From: Euryarchaeota archaeon SCGC AAA252-I15
GTDB lineage: Archaea > Altiarchaeota > Altiarchaeia > IMC4 > SCGC-AAA252-I15
Reading direction: 5' to 3'
DNA length: 64,000 nt
NCBI GenBank assembly: GCA_000402775.1
Contig: AQSC01000060.1
Coordinates: forward strand, 31,780 to 95,779
Shown: in pieces, positions 53,591-62,836 of the stretch
How positions within the stretch are numbered: the first letter of the stretch is position 1
Layout of the letters: the number at the start of each line of letters is the position of its first letter
Notes under the pieces: generated by a model
The model's input: only the letters and a program-made list of their open reading frames with translations
Database searches by the model: none
What the model was told of the DNA's origin: nothing
Position numbers and translations under genes: made by a program

Positions 53591-56500
53591 TTACATCCAG
53601 AGTATTAGCTTTGCTTTTATTGGCCCCCACAGACTTTGAACTCCCCCAGTCCTCCCAAATTCGAACTCTATCATAGATTGATCGAAAACCACGTCGACCC
53701 TACCGTCTGAGTCGACGTCAAGTTGCTTGAGAAGCCTTACCACAGAATCAGAGTAAGAGTCTTCTGGTGGATAAACTCCTGTGGAATTGATACTTGTATA
53801 ATAACACAACTCAGTACCATTATAGGATGTGGGGATTGGTGCATGCATTGTTGAACCGTCTTCAAAGTCGATTGTCCAATTGCATCCCTCGCTTTTTGAG
53901 AAAACATCCCCGTATCCCACAAGACGGGAGAGTTTTATTTTGTATATTACGCAGTCATCTGCACTGCAACCCGTGTGATTGGAAATGTTTAATCCCGTTT
54001 CCACTAAAACGGTGTTATTGATGCTTGAGGGGAGCATGTCGGCAGGGATGTTTACAATAAATGGGTCGCCGAGTATCTGATAGTTTGAGCCAAAGTGAGA
54101 ATCTCTTAGAGTGTATGCGTCTTCGAAACCAGAGCCGGAATCAACTCCCACGTAGTCGGTCCAGTATTCTGATGAGAAAGAGGTTACTTTCGCATCCACG
54201 ACATAAGTGCCTGAGGGCGTATAAAGGATTCCCGAACAGTCTACTGTGTCGTTGAATCGTTCAGTATTCATAGACAGGGTAATCTCACAGTAGCCCGTAG
54301 TGTTTACGGGGGTGTAATCGAATTTTATATAGGAGTCAGGATACAGAATCGATTCGTAGGTCATTGATATATTTATCGCCTGTGCCTGATAGACGGCCTC
54401 AATAATTTGGCTTGCTATTTCATCGTATATGTCTTCGAGTTCCTCTGGATTGTCTGAGACGTAATACGAGCCGTTTCCGCAAGTTGCGATACGCTGGAGT
54501 GTGTCCAAGCCCGCGTCACTTCCAAAGCCTACAGCGTGCACGGTTATGTTGTAGTCTTGGTGGGCTGTGCACGCAGACTGTATGGCGTCGTCTTTGGCAG
54601 TAATCTGACTGTCGCCGTCCAAGTCAGATTCTGCGTTACCGCATCGTACGTTGGCTTCCCCGTCCGTCATGGCAACAATAAACTTGAGTCTGGAGGCATT
54701 AGTCGCCTGAAATAGGGTTACCGCATCGTTTATCGCACAGCATATACACGTCTCCCCGCCGGCAAAATATGAGTTGATTTCCGATGAAAGAGAACCTGAA
54801 TCATTTGACAATGCATGGGTGCTGTATGAATCATCCCCGTAGGATACAAGCCCTATCATGTTACCGCTTATGTTAAGGATTCTCTCCGTGAACTCATCAT
54901 CTACCTGTTTAGCTAGTCCAACCCCTGTGAGATCGCATGCGAAACACTGTTTTGGGCAGTACAGGTGTTCTATCATCGGTAGACCGCCTAGGTCGTAGAT
55001 TGTGTGCTGGTGGACATAAGCCGGGTCACAGGCGTGGTGGGTGTCAAACCAACACGACGACCTGTCTAAGCTTGCGCAGCGGAACAGGCTGCACTGTCCT
55101 GGAGGGGCAGGTTCGGTCGGGTCGGCTGCTGTTCCGTTAACACCCCAGTAGGCGTAGACGTTTTCCCCGCAGGAGAGGGCGCACCACTCGTTAACTTCGT
55201 CTAACTCAAAGCAGTAAGTACACCCCAGGTTCGTACAGTCATAGCAGTAGGAGCCTCCAAAAGGGTTCCCAGCCGTATGATTTCCCTCACCCCCATACCA
55301 CTGGCACGTGTAGCAGGGGAGCGTGCAAACTGAGCCAGGATTCTGGCCGCAGCCGAAACTACGCCAACACCCGTATACACAATTACAGCATTCAGGGTAA
55401 CCCCCCGAGCAGTCGTTATAATGACATAGCAAACCGTCGTTTCTCACGCACTCGCTCGTGCACACCTGCGCGGCAATCGCCGTGTCGTTCATGGCTGGAT
55501 TGTCTCGGTCGTAGATCATATGCCAGCTACCTTCCATGCATCTGTCCTGCCACATACTGAAGGATAAGTCAGTAGTCAAAACGACATCAGCGTTACCTCC
55601 CTCAAATCCAATCGAAAGGTTTTGCGATCCAAGCCGTATTGGCGTAGTTGTCTGGCTTAACTCAGAGTAGGATAAAGAAGACAAGTTTTCGTCGTATAGG
55701 CTTGCGGAAAACTCACCCCCATTAAGCGTGTGATTAAAGACAACAGTGTCTCCGACAGTCAAGTAAGTCGTGTAATTACTCTTAAGGTGAAGGTAAACAG
55801 ACAGATTACTCAGCTGGCCCGGGACATAAAATGATGAATAATAGTTTACGAGACCGTAGATTCCGGGAAAAAAGTAGCTACCTGTACCAGTGTCTTGCAC
55901 AGTCTCCATGGAAGAAGTGTTGTAGGTGACTTTCACGAATCCACCGCCGATGTATTGGGTGCTCAAGTCCGATCCCGTAAACTTAAACTCAAGGACGTTG
56001 TCGCCGGAAGTAAATTGGTTTTCTGGGTTGGCTATGTGTGATTTTATGTTAGCTGACATACCATTGGAGGAGGGTGTATAAACTCCGGTCGAGTTATCGT
56101 TTACAAAAAGCTCGAATTCAGAGCCGGCATTCAATTCGAGGTAAGCTTGGATTATGGAGTCGATGTCATCGGGGAGTGTTATTTTTTTAGTGAGATTACC
56201 TTCACCTACGAACCCACCAAAAAACGCGTAAACCGAATTTGTCTTGGATTTAATGTTGGTTAGAAAAGCCCTGGAAACATCCCCTCTCGTGGGAAGACCC
56301 AACCCATAACCTACAAGAAGCCGGATTGAATTAGTCTTCGCAATAGACTTGGATTCCTCAGACCTCGAAATATTTTCAGCTAAAACATCATTCTCGATAT
56401 AGAACCGGTATCCCACATTAGGAGGTACGAGCTGTTCGAGGTAAAACTTGCTCAGATTAGCAGCATAAGTCCAATTCGCAGAGGAATTATCACCATCTGC

Positions 56501-56716
56501 AGAAGCCCAGGCAGCTCCAATCTCGTCTAAAATCTCTTTCTTGTTTAATACATCAAGACTATCCTCAGAGACATAGTGGAGTCTTTTAAAAGAGGATATA
56601 GAAGTGTCAGATGGTTTGTAGTGTATGGCACCCCACAGCCCTGCGAAAAGCATGACTGTAATGGTGAATGCGAAAAGCGAGTCCAATATGACAGTGTAAC
56701 CCTTGTTGTTTATCAC
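53591..56716 (-). CDS. Large secreted vWA-domain protein with a class III signal-peptide-like N-terminus and a Cys-rich insertion (1041 aa)
   Basis: GTG 56716 shares a GTGA overlap with the upstream stop and has GGAGGAG 5 nt upstream. N-terminus is MINNKGYTVILDSLFAFTITVMLFAGLW. vWA MIDAS motifs DLSFS, GGET and AMTDGEAN. About 28 N-X-S/T sequons. C-terminal DVDSDGRVD. Confidence 0.8.
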   Translation of the reverse strand: MINNKGYTVILDSLFAFTITVMLFAGLWGAIHYKPSDTSISSFKRLHYVSEDSLDVLNKKEILDEIGAAWASADGDNSSANWTYAANLSKFYLEQLVPPNVGYRFYIENDVLAENISRSEESKSIAKTNSIRLLVGYGLGLPTRGDVSRAFLTNIKSKTNSVYAFFGGFVGEGNLTKKITLPDDIDSIIQAYLELNAGSEFELFVNDNSTGVYTPSSNGMSANIKSHIANPENQFTSGDNVLEFKFTGSDLSTQYIGGGFVKVTYNTSSMETVQDTGTGSYFFPGIYGLVNYYSSFYVPGQLSNLSVYLHLKSNYTTYLTVGDTVVFNHTLNGGEFSASLYDENLSSLSYSELSQTTTPIRLGSQNLSIGFEGGNADVVLTTDLSFSMWQDRCMEGSWHMIYDRDNPAMNDTAIAAQVCTSECVRNDGLLCHYNDCSGGYPECCNCVYGCWRSFGCGQNPGSVCTLPCYTCQWYGGEGNHTAGNPFGGSYCYDCTNLGCTYCFELDEVNEWCALSCGENVYAYWGVNGTAADPTEPAPPGQCSLFRCASLDRSSCWFDTHHACDPAYVHQHTIYDLGGLPMIEHLYCPKQCFACDLTGVGLAKQVDDEFTERILNISGNMIGLVSYGDDSYSTHALSNDSGSLSSEINSYFAGGETCICCAINDAVTLFQATNASRLKFIVAMTDGEANVRCGNAESDLDGDSQITAKDDAIQSACTAHQDYNITVHAVGFGSDAGLDTLQRIATCGNGSYYVSDNPEELEDIYDEIASQIIEAVYQAQAINISMTYESILYPDSYIKFDYTPVNTTGYCEITLSMNTERFNDTVDCSGILYTPSGTYVVDAKVTSFSSEYWTDYVGVDSGSGFEDAYTLRDSHFGSNYQILGDPFIVNIPADMLPSSINNTVLVETGLNISNHTGCSADDCVIYKIKLSRLVGYGDVFSKSEGCNWTIDFEDGSTMHAPIPTSYNGTELCYYTSINSTGVYPPEDSYSDSVVRLLKQLDVDSDGRVDVVFDQSMIEFEFGRTGGVQSLWGPIKAKLILWM

Positions 56717-57279
56717 ATGAACTCCTCCGCTGAAGTATACCAGACTGTGAGAGCCGTTTTGACGATTTCCCCATCGAGGAGGGCGTTCCGTGTGACTGAT
56801 AGTAGTCGGGTCTGATTTTGGGGTGCCTTGCCTGTTGCAGGAAATACTCCGCCAATCGTAAGGTTTGAACCGTTTAAGTTGGTTATTAGGTAGTAAAAGT
56901 CGTAGCCCCCAAGTCCGAGTAGATAACGGTTGCACATGTAATTTGACAGTGAAATGTCGTTGCAGAGGCCATCATACTGTGAGTTATCGAAGAGTGTCAC
57001 AAAGCCCACAATCTTTTCACTGGATAGAATCCGGGATTCATTCACAAGACCCACAGATTCTATGTTACTAGTATTCCAGTTGCCTGGGATTCCTGAAGTT
57101 TTTACTAATTGTTCCGCAGCATCAACCGACCTTTCCTCCATAATCCGGTAGGATTCAGCTTCAGTCAGATCCCGCGTCGTATTATACCACAAGAGAACGC
57201 ACAAAATCAAAACTACCATAAAGATGAAGTAGGCTAGGAGAAACTCCCCCGAAAAAACCTGCGCCCTACGATTTATCAT
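56713..57279 (-). CDS. Class III signal peptide (archaeal type IV pilin-like) protein, 188 aa
   Basis: ATG 57279 (ATGA overlap with the upstream stop) gives MINRRAQVFSGEFLLAYFIFMVVLILCVLLW: a short charged N-terminus, a small residue, then a hydrophobic helix. Confidence 0.65.
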   Translation of the reverse strand: MINRRAQVFSGEFLLAYFIFMVVLILCVLLWYNTTRDLTEAESYRIMEERSVDAAEQLVKTSGIPGNWNTSNIESVGLVNESRILSSEKIVGFVTLFDNSQYDGLCNDISLSNYMCNRYLLGLGGYDFYYLITNLNGSNLTIGGVFPATGKAPQNQTRLLSVTRNALLDGEIVKTALTVWYTSAEEFM

Positions 57280-58004
57280 GCACCAATCACCCACGAAACA
57301 TTAAGAAAATTATCCGACTCGATGCCCTCATCAAGCTGCTCTATCGGATCGATCTCAAAGGGGAGAATGTGTGTTCCTACCGAAGGAACCGTAACATTGA
57401 AGAATACTGTCGTTTCAGCCTCAGCCTCAAGAGAAGGAACCACATCATCCAAAGAACCATTCAACCGCACTATAAAAGCTGAAGCGCGAACATGAGACTT
57501 GTCCCGCACTCTGACAGAAATCGTTGTGTTCGTCCCAGAAACATTCGAAGAGGAGCTAAAGCTTTCTCGCACGAAAAAAAGGTTGGGTTTGTGACAGGTT
57601 ACGATAACAGCATCCCCAGTATTCTCAATCCTATTTTGCAGGGTCTCCCCCTTATCCAGGCAATAAATCGTAACATTAGCTGCTAGAACCTGAGTCACCC
57701 ACTCTGAACCGTCAAAGTGAATCGAAAGAAAATTCTTGGAGGAAGAAACATTATAATCGACGGAACCGAAAAGATAATATGGAACCGAAACATACCTATA
57801 GTATCCGTAAGACTGTTGGCTGATGGTATTTATGTTGAATGCGATTGAATCAAGAACTGATTGCGCATCCATTGAAAGCTTGAGATTGTTTGCCAGAATA
57901 TTCTTTTCGAGGGCGAGGATTACAACGATTATGAAAATGAGAAGTATGAACCCGACTGTGATAATCAACTCTAAGCTAACCTGTCCCCTGGAAAAAAATC
58001 GCAT
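57276..58004 (-). CDS. Class III signal peptide (archaeal type IV pilin-like) protein with a CARDB-like C-terminal domain, 242 aa
   Basis: MRFFSRGQVSLELIITVGFILLIFIIVVILAL matches the archaeal prepilin pattern [KR]G-Q-[IV]-S-x-E. The C-terminus FNVTVPSVGTHILPFEIDPIEQLDEGIESDN resembles CARDB domains. Confidence 0.7.
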   Translation of the reverse strand: MRFFSRGQVSLELIITVGFILLIFIIVVILALEKNILANNLKLSMDAQSVLDSIAFNINTISQQSYGYYRYVSVPYYLFGSVDYNVSSSKNFLSIHFDGSEWVTQVLAANVTIYCLDKGETLQNRIENTGDAVIVTCHKPNLFFVRESFSSSSNVSGTNTTISVRVRDKSHVRASAFIVRLNGSLDDVVPSLEAEAETTVFFNVTVPSVGTHILPFEIDPIEQLDEGIESDNFLNVSWVIGA

Positions 58005-58048
58005 CGTATTAAAGAGATTATTTAATTTGCTTGATTAAATTAGTATTA

Positions 58049-60802
58049 ATGGGAAAAAACACGCTTCTACCCGTAATATTAATCCTATGCCTTACAGGAT
58101 ATTGTTCGGCTGATGGGGAAGATTGGCCCACATTCAAGCAGAATACTGGAAGAACCGGGTTTCAGCAAGGATATTCAAATTACTCACTGGAAGATATCAC
58201 CCTCATTTGGAATTATACTGTAGGATCTGCCGTGGAATCATCTCCCGTAGTATCCGATTTTGACGGCGACGGGAGATTAAATGTCGTGTTTGGATCAGAC
58301 GACGGCAACCTTTACTGCTTAGACTATCAGGGAAAAGAAATCTGGAATTACTCTGTAGGTGCGAGGATCAGGTCCACCCCAACACTTGCAGACCTAAACT
58401 TGGACGATAAGATAGAGGTTTTGTTTGGTGCTGACGACGGAGTACTCTACGTACTTGACGGCAATGGAAAACTCCTTTGGAGTTTTACGACAAATAAGTC
58501 AATACTGTCCTCACCTCTTGCAGCGAATTTCGACGACAGCAAAGATCTTGAAATCATAGTCACTTCAATGGACGGATTCGTTTACGCTCTAAATAGTAGG
58601 GGGGAATCCAAGTGGAGTTATGAGACAAGCGATTCCATAAGAACTAGTCCCGCAGTGGGGGATCCAAACGATGACGATAATTTTGATGTTATTTTCGGCT
58701 CCTCCAACAACGTCTTGTATGTTCTATCATATCCACCATACAGGATCTGGCAGTATCAGACGAACGGAAACATTTATGCGACTCCCGCAGTCGTCGATTA
58801 TGACAGAGACTACAAGGAAGAAATCATTCTAGCATCCTCCGACTCGGTAATCAAGCCAATTTACTGGGGGACTGCAATAAGCAGTGCCGGAAAGAGAAAA
58901 GTATGCAGGATTGTTGATTGGAGGGAAGTCTGCGAGTTCGTAACCCCCGCCTACTCTAAATTGTATGAAGAATGGAATTACACTACCTCGGGAAGCATTT
59001 ATTCATCCCCTTCTGTAGCTGACTTCACAGGTAATTCCAAACAGGATATCGTTTTTGGAACCGACAAACACACCCTCCACATTATAAACACTGAGGGACA
59101 GCGGATTGGAGGATACACTACAAACAAGGCCATTAAGTCCACTCCAGCAATAGCGGACTTGGACGGGGACGGTATACCAGAGATCATCTTCGGCTCTGAC
59201 GAAGGCATGGTTTACGTCATCGACTACCCGTACATTGCAAGCTTATCCACTATAGTCGCAAATCTTTCTTTTGAGGAACTCTACCTGGGGCTTTCGAAAC
59301 TTGGGGGAAAAGCAGAAGAGATGGCACTTGAAGTTGGAATAAACGAGACAGTTGAAACTGTTAGCGAACAAGAATGGAATATTCTGAAAACCCTGGATAA
59401 TAAGACTTTTAAGAAGGGTTCAATCAAGTACTTGGAGATGAATCGTAAAGTCGAAATTTCAGTTGGAGAGTCGAAAATAACCGTAGACGCAAGGAAGAAC
59501 GGAAACAACATCGTATTATTCAATTACCCCAATAAAAAAAGGTTCAGCTTTAAGACTGAAGGAACGGTTAGATCATCTCCCGCCATCGCAGACGTAAACA
59601 GTGACGGACACCTTGAATTCTTCGTGGGTTCGAGTGAGGGAGTACTCTGGGCTTTCGGAAGCCTGAAGGAATTTACGAGATCAGAGGCCGGAGACCTTCT
59701 TGATGAAGCTGAATACTTGTATAGCTTAGACGACTATAACGCAACCTACGAAACCACCATTAAAGCCCAAAACCTGTACGAGTCAATAGGCGACTCCCAA
59801 GGCATGTCGAGGGCACAGTCCATTCTCCTTCGGCTTGAAGCCGATGAAATTCTTGCCAAAGCATTAGACTTATACAACAAAAGCCTTATTGCAAACGCCT
59901 CAGACTACCTGGATCAAGCAGCAATGATCTATGCCAACATCAACTACACAAGATCCGGTGAAAACACAAGCAGGCTATCCGACCTCCTTGAAGCTGAATT
60001 ATATTACAGGGAGGCGAAGATGCTCTATAATACTGGAGACCTTGAAAACGCCTCAAGATACGTTTTGAAGGCTCACGAGATTTTCACGGCATACAACGAT
60101 ACGCGAGGGAAAAACAAGTCTACTATCCTCCTTGAACTCTCGGTAGAGCAAAAGGATGCTGACGCATACTATGTTTTAGCCTTAAACTTGTTTTTCGAGG
60201 AAGGCTACAGCGAGAACGTGACTGAATACTTGAACATCGCGAAACTAGTATACGAGGACGTTAACGCCTCAGGGGGTGTGGTTTTAGTTGAGAAGATGCT
60301 TTCAAGGGTGATCGCAACCAAACTCACAGACAATGCATACGAGATGTATGAGCAAGGCAATATTGAAGGCGCCTTTGAAGCTTCCCTAAATGCAAGCAAG
60401 ATTTTTTCAAGCATAAATTATGCGCCAGGACTCTACAGGGCAGAGTCTATGGCAAACAAGACCGGCCAGTTCATAAAGGCAAGCCAGTTATTCGAGCAAT
60501 CAGTAAGCCTTTATTCAAACAAGCAATACGCTCAAGCCATCGACATCGCAGAGAAATCGAGGGAAATCTATGATAAATTCAACGACACCGCATCCCGAGA
60601 GGAAGTGGATAAATTCATCGAAAAGATGAGGGAACAATACTTCGAGAAAGTGAAAAAACCAAAATACTTGATCATATTATTGAACATAATGGTGGGCGCA
60701 ATCGCGGGAATAATGCTTATATACTCGATTGAAAAGCTTCTGAAAAACAAACGCGGGAAAATCGAGGAAAAAGAGACTGCGACACCTCCATGGAGGTATT
60801 AG
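58049..60802 (+). CDS. Secreted beta-propeller (PQQ/FG-GAP-like repeats) + helical-repeat protein with a C-terminal TM anchor
   Basis: ATG 58049 gives the signal peptide MGKNTLLPVILILCLTGYCSADG. Repeats of SSPxxxDxDGDGxxEIxFGSDDGxLYxLD. Then six TPR-like units of about 52 aa. The C-terminal TM segment YLIILLNIMVGAIAGIMLIYSI is followed by a basic tail. Confidence 0.75.
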   Translation: MGKNTLLPVILILCLTGYCSADGEDWPTFKQNTGRTGFQQGYSNYSLEDITLIWNYTVGSAVESSPVVSDFDGDGRLNVVFGSDDGNLYCLDYQGKEIWNYSVGARIRSTPTLADLNLDDKIEVLFGADDGVLYVLDGNGKLLWSFTTNKSILSSPLAANFDDSKDLEIIVTSMDGFVYALNSRGESKWSYETSDSIRTSPAVGDPNDDDNFDVIFGSSNNVLYVLSYPPYRIWQYQTNGNIYATPAVVDYDRDYKEEIILASSDSVIKPIYWGTAISSAGKRKVCRIVDWREVCEFVTPAYSKLYEEWNYTTSGSIYSSPSVADFTGNSKQDIVFGTDKHTLHIINTEGQRIGGYTTNKAIKSTPAIADLDGDGIPEIIFGSDEGMVYVIDYPYIASLSTIVANLSFEELYLGLSKLGGKAEEMALEVGINETVETVSEQEWNILKTLDNKTFKKGSIKYLEMNRKVEISVGESKITVDARKNGNNIVLFNYPNKKRFSFKTEGTVRSSPAIADVNSDGHLEFFVGSSEGVLWAFGSLKEFTRSEAGDLLDEAEYLYSLDDYNATYETTIKAQNLYESIGDSQGMSRAQSILLRLEADEILAKALDLYNKSLIANASDYLDQAAMIYANINYTRSGENTSRLSDLLEAELYYREAKMLYNTGDLENASRYVLKAHEIFTAYNDTRGKNKSTILLELSVEQKDADAYYVLALNLFFEEGYSENVTEYLNIAKLVYEDVNASGGVVLVEKMLSRVIATKLTDNAYEMYEQGNIEGAFEASLNASKIFSSINYAPGLYRAESMANKTGQFIKASQLFEQSVSLYSNKQYAQAIDIAEKSREIYDKFNDTASREEVDKFIEKMREQYFEKVKKPKYLIILLNIMVGAIAGIMLIYSIEKLLKNKRGKIEEKETATPPWRY

Positions 60803-61791
60803 TTTAAACTTGCCTTGCCTGAGAGATCACCGATCTTTCTCGCACCCGATAAAAACATGCTTATCTTCAATTCCTCAACAATTCTTTCAAGATAACATTC
60901 AACCCCTTTTGTTCTGCCTTCCTCCCAAGCCTTCAGCACAGGCAGTGCAATACCAACACAAGAGGCCCCTAAGGCAATCGCCTTGGCAGCGTCAAGACCA
61001 GAGCGTACTCCGCCCGAAGCTATCACTGGTTTTTCAAGACCTGATAGTTCGATCACGGATTCAACGGTTGGAATCCCCCAGGTCGAAAAGACTCTCCCAG
61101 TATCTTGTCTTCCAGACCGTATTCCCTCTACTAAAGCCCAGTTAGTACCACCCAAACCGCCAACATCATATGCCGAAACCTTAAGCTTTCTAGCAGTTTC
61201 ACGGGAAATCCCGCACCCAACCTCTTTTAGAATCACAGGAGACTTGATCTTTTTGGCCACCCCATTTATTTTCCCGACAAGACCCTTAAAATTCCTGTTT
61301 CCCTCGGCTTGAATAAGCTCTTGAAGCGGATTAACGTGCAATGCAATGGCGTCTGCAGAAATCATTTCTACTGCCCTCTCACACTCGGCAACCCCCAAGC
61401 CGTAGTTTAACTGGACTGCCCCAAGATTTGCGATGAGAAAAATATCGGGTGCTACATCACGGACTTTATAAGTCTGCTCTAAAGCAGCGTCTTCTATTGC
61501 AGCCCTCTGGCTTCCCACCGAGAATCCGACGTTAAGCTTCTGGGCGACTCTCGCAATATCCTGGTTAATCTCTTTTGACTCATCAGCCCCGCCAGTCAAG
61601 GCCTCAATGATTATTGGGGAGTCAAGAGTCTTTCCGAGGAATTCGCATGACGTGTCGATTTCATCGAAGTCTAGTTCAGGGAGAGCGTCGTGAGCAAGCC
61701 TTACTTTTTCAAATCCGGGGGAACCCGCTTCAACTTCCTCGGTCAGACAGATTCTTATGTGTTCGAGTTTACGGTGGTTTATTTTTCTCAT
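60799..61791 (-). CDS. fni: Isopentenyl-diphosphate delta-isomerase, type 2 (FMN-dependent)
   Basis: N-terminal RKLEHIRICL, TIM-barrel flavoprotein motifs, and GGLGGTNWALVEGIR and ASGGVRSGLDAAKAIALGA. Confidence 0.85.
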   Translation of the reverse strand: MRKINHRKLEHIRICLTEEVEAGSPGFEKVRLAHDALPELDFDEIDTSCEFLGKTLDSPIIIEALTGGADESKEINQDIARVAQKLNVGFSVGSQRAAIEDAALEQTYKVRDVAPDIFLIANLGAVQLNYGLGVAECERAVEMISADAIALHVNPLQELIQAEGNRNFKGLVGKINGVAKKIKSPVILKEVGCGISRETARKLKVSAYDVGGLGGTNWALVEGIRSGRQDTGRVFSTWGIPTVESVIELSGLEKPVIASGGVRSGLDAAKAIALGASCVGIALPVLKAWEEGRTKGVECYLERIVEELKISMFLSGARKIGDLSGKASLN

Positions 61792-61792
61792 T

Positions 61793-62806
61793 TTAATGCG
61801 TCCTCTCGATTATGTAGTCGGCAAGGCCGAGGAGTATCTCCTTAGGCTCGCCATCGGAAATCACCTCTAAAGACTTTTTCGCCGAAACAATTAATTCTGA
61901 AAGCTTGTTTTCAGCGTACTTGATGGAGCCCACCTCATTCAAGACGGCTATGAATTCACTTATTTTCTCTTCGTCACAGTCTTTTCCAAGCGCATTAAAA
62001 ATTGATTTTTTCTGCTTTTCGCTTCCGTGAGCTAGTGCGTGAACTATAATCAAGCTTTTCTTTCCCTGGCAGATGTCGGATCCAACTGGTTTCCCGAGCT
62101 TTTGTTCGTCCCCGGTCAGATCGAGCAGGTCGTCTTTAATCTGGAATGCCACGCCGATGTCCCGGCCATAATTCGATAACAATCTTACCTGATCGTCAGT
62201 CCCTCCCCCGAGGATTGCTCCGATTTTCACCGACCCCTCGATTAAGGCCCCGGTTTTCTTCGAAATCATGACTAAGTAATCTTGCTCAGAGACTTCTTTT
62301 TGTTTTTCGAAGAACATGTCCATCATCTGGCCTTCATGCACTTCGGCGTTGGCGTGGTTTAAGGTTTCGAGGGCGTCGAGCACTTTACTGTCGTCGATTC
62401 CTTCATTGCGCACGTCCACGAGCGATTCAAAAGCCTTCGCATATACTGCGTCTCCCACGACTATCCCCATCTCTATCCCCCAGAGCGCGTGCACTGTGGG
62501 TTTTCCCCGGCGCATGTCGTCGTCGTCCATGATGTCGTCGTGCACGAGCGTGAAAGTGTGAAGTAATTCCACAGAAGCTGCGGCGGCAAGTATTTTTTCG
62601 GAGTCGCCGCCGACGGCTTCGCATGCAGTCAGAACCAGTGCCGGGCGAATCCGCTTTCCACCAGATGCCGCAGTATGCGCAAGCATCTTCTTTAAGGTGG
62701 CATTTTCAGAATCCAAATACTTTCGAATAACAGGCTCGACCAGAGCCCCCTTCTCCTTTAAGGCACTTCGCGCGTCCATGAATCCCCTTAAAGTATTCGG
62801 ATACAA
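61793..62806 (-). CDS. idsA: Polyprenyl (geranylgeranyl) diphosphate synthase
   Basis: FARM LVHDDIMDDDDMRRG and SARM FQIKDDLLD. Adjacent to idi2. Confidence 0.85.
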   Translation of the reverse strand: MYPNTLRGFMDARSALKEKGALVEPVIRKYLDSENATLKKMLAHTAASGGKRIRPALVLTACEAVGGDSEKILAAAASVELLHTFTLVHDDIMDDDDMRRGKPTVHALWGIEMGIVVGDAVYAKAFESLVDVRNEGIDDSKVLDALETLNHANAEVHEGQMMDMFFEKQKEVSEQDYLVMISKKTGALIEGSVKIGAILGGGTDDQVRLLSNYGRDIGVAFQIKDDLLDLTGDEQKLGKPVGSDICQGKKSLIIVHALAHGSEKQKKSIFNALGKDCDEEKISEFIAVLNEVGSIKYAENKLSELIVSAKKSLEVISDGEPKEILLGLADYIIERTH

Positions 62807-62836
62807 GTTAAATAAAAACAGGGTATGTTGAGCGGC

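Noticed and set aside
56717-56935. 73-codon N-terminal extension of the large vWA ORF back to ATG 56935
   Set aside because: It would overlap the upstream pilin-like gene by 223 nt. The GTG at 56716 has a GGAGGAG ribosome-binding site, a GTGA stop/start overlap, and yields a class III signal-like N-terminus. The extension is Arg/Pro/Ser/Thr-rich with no features.
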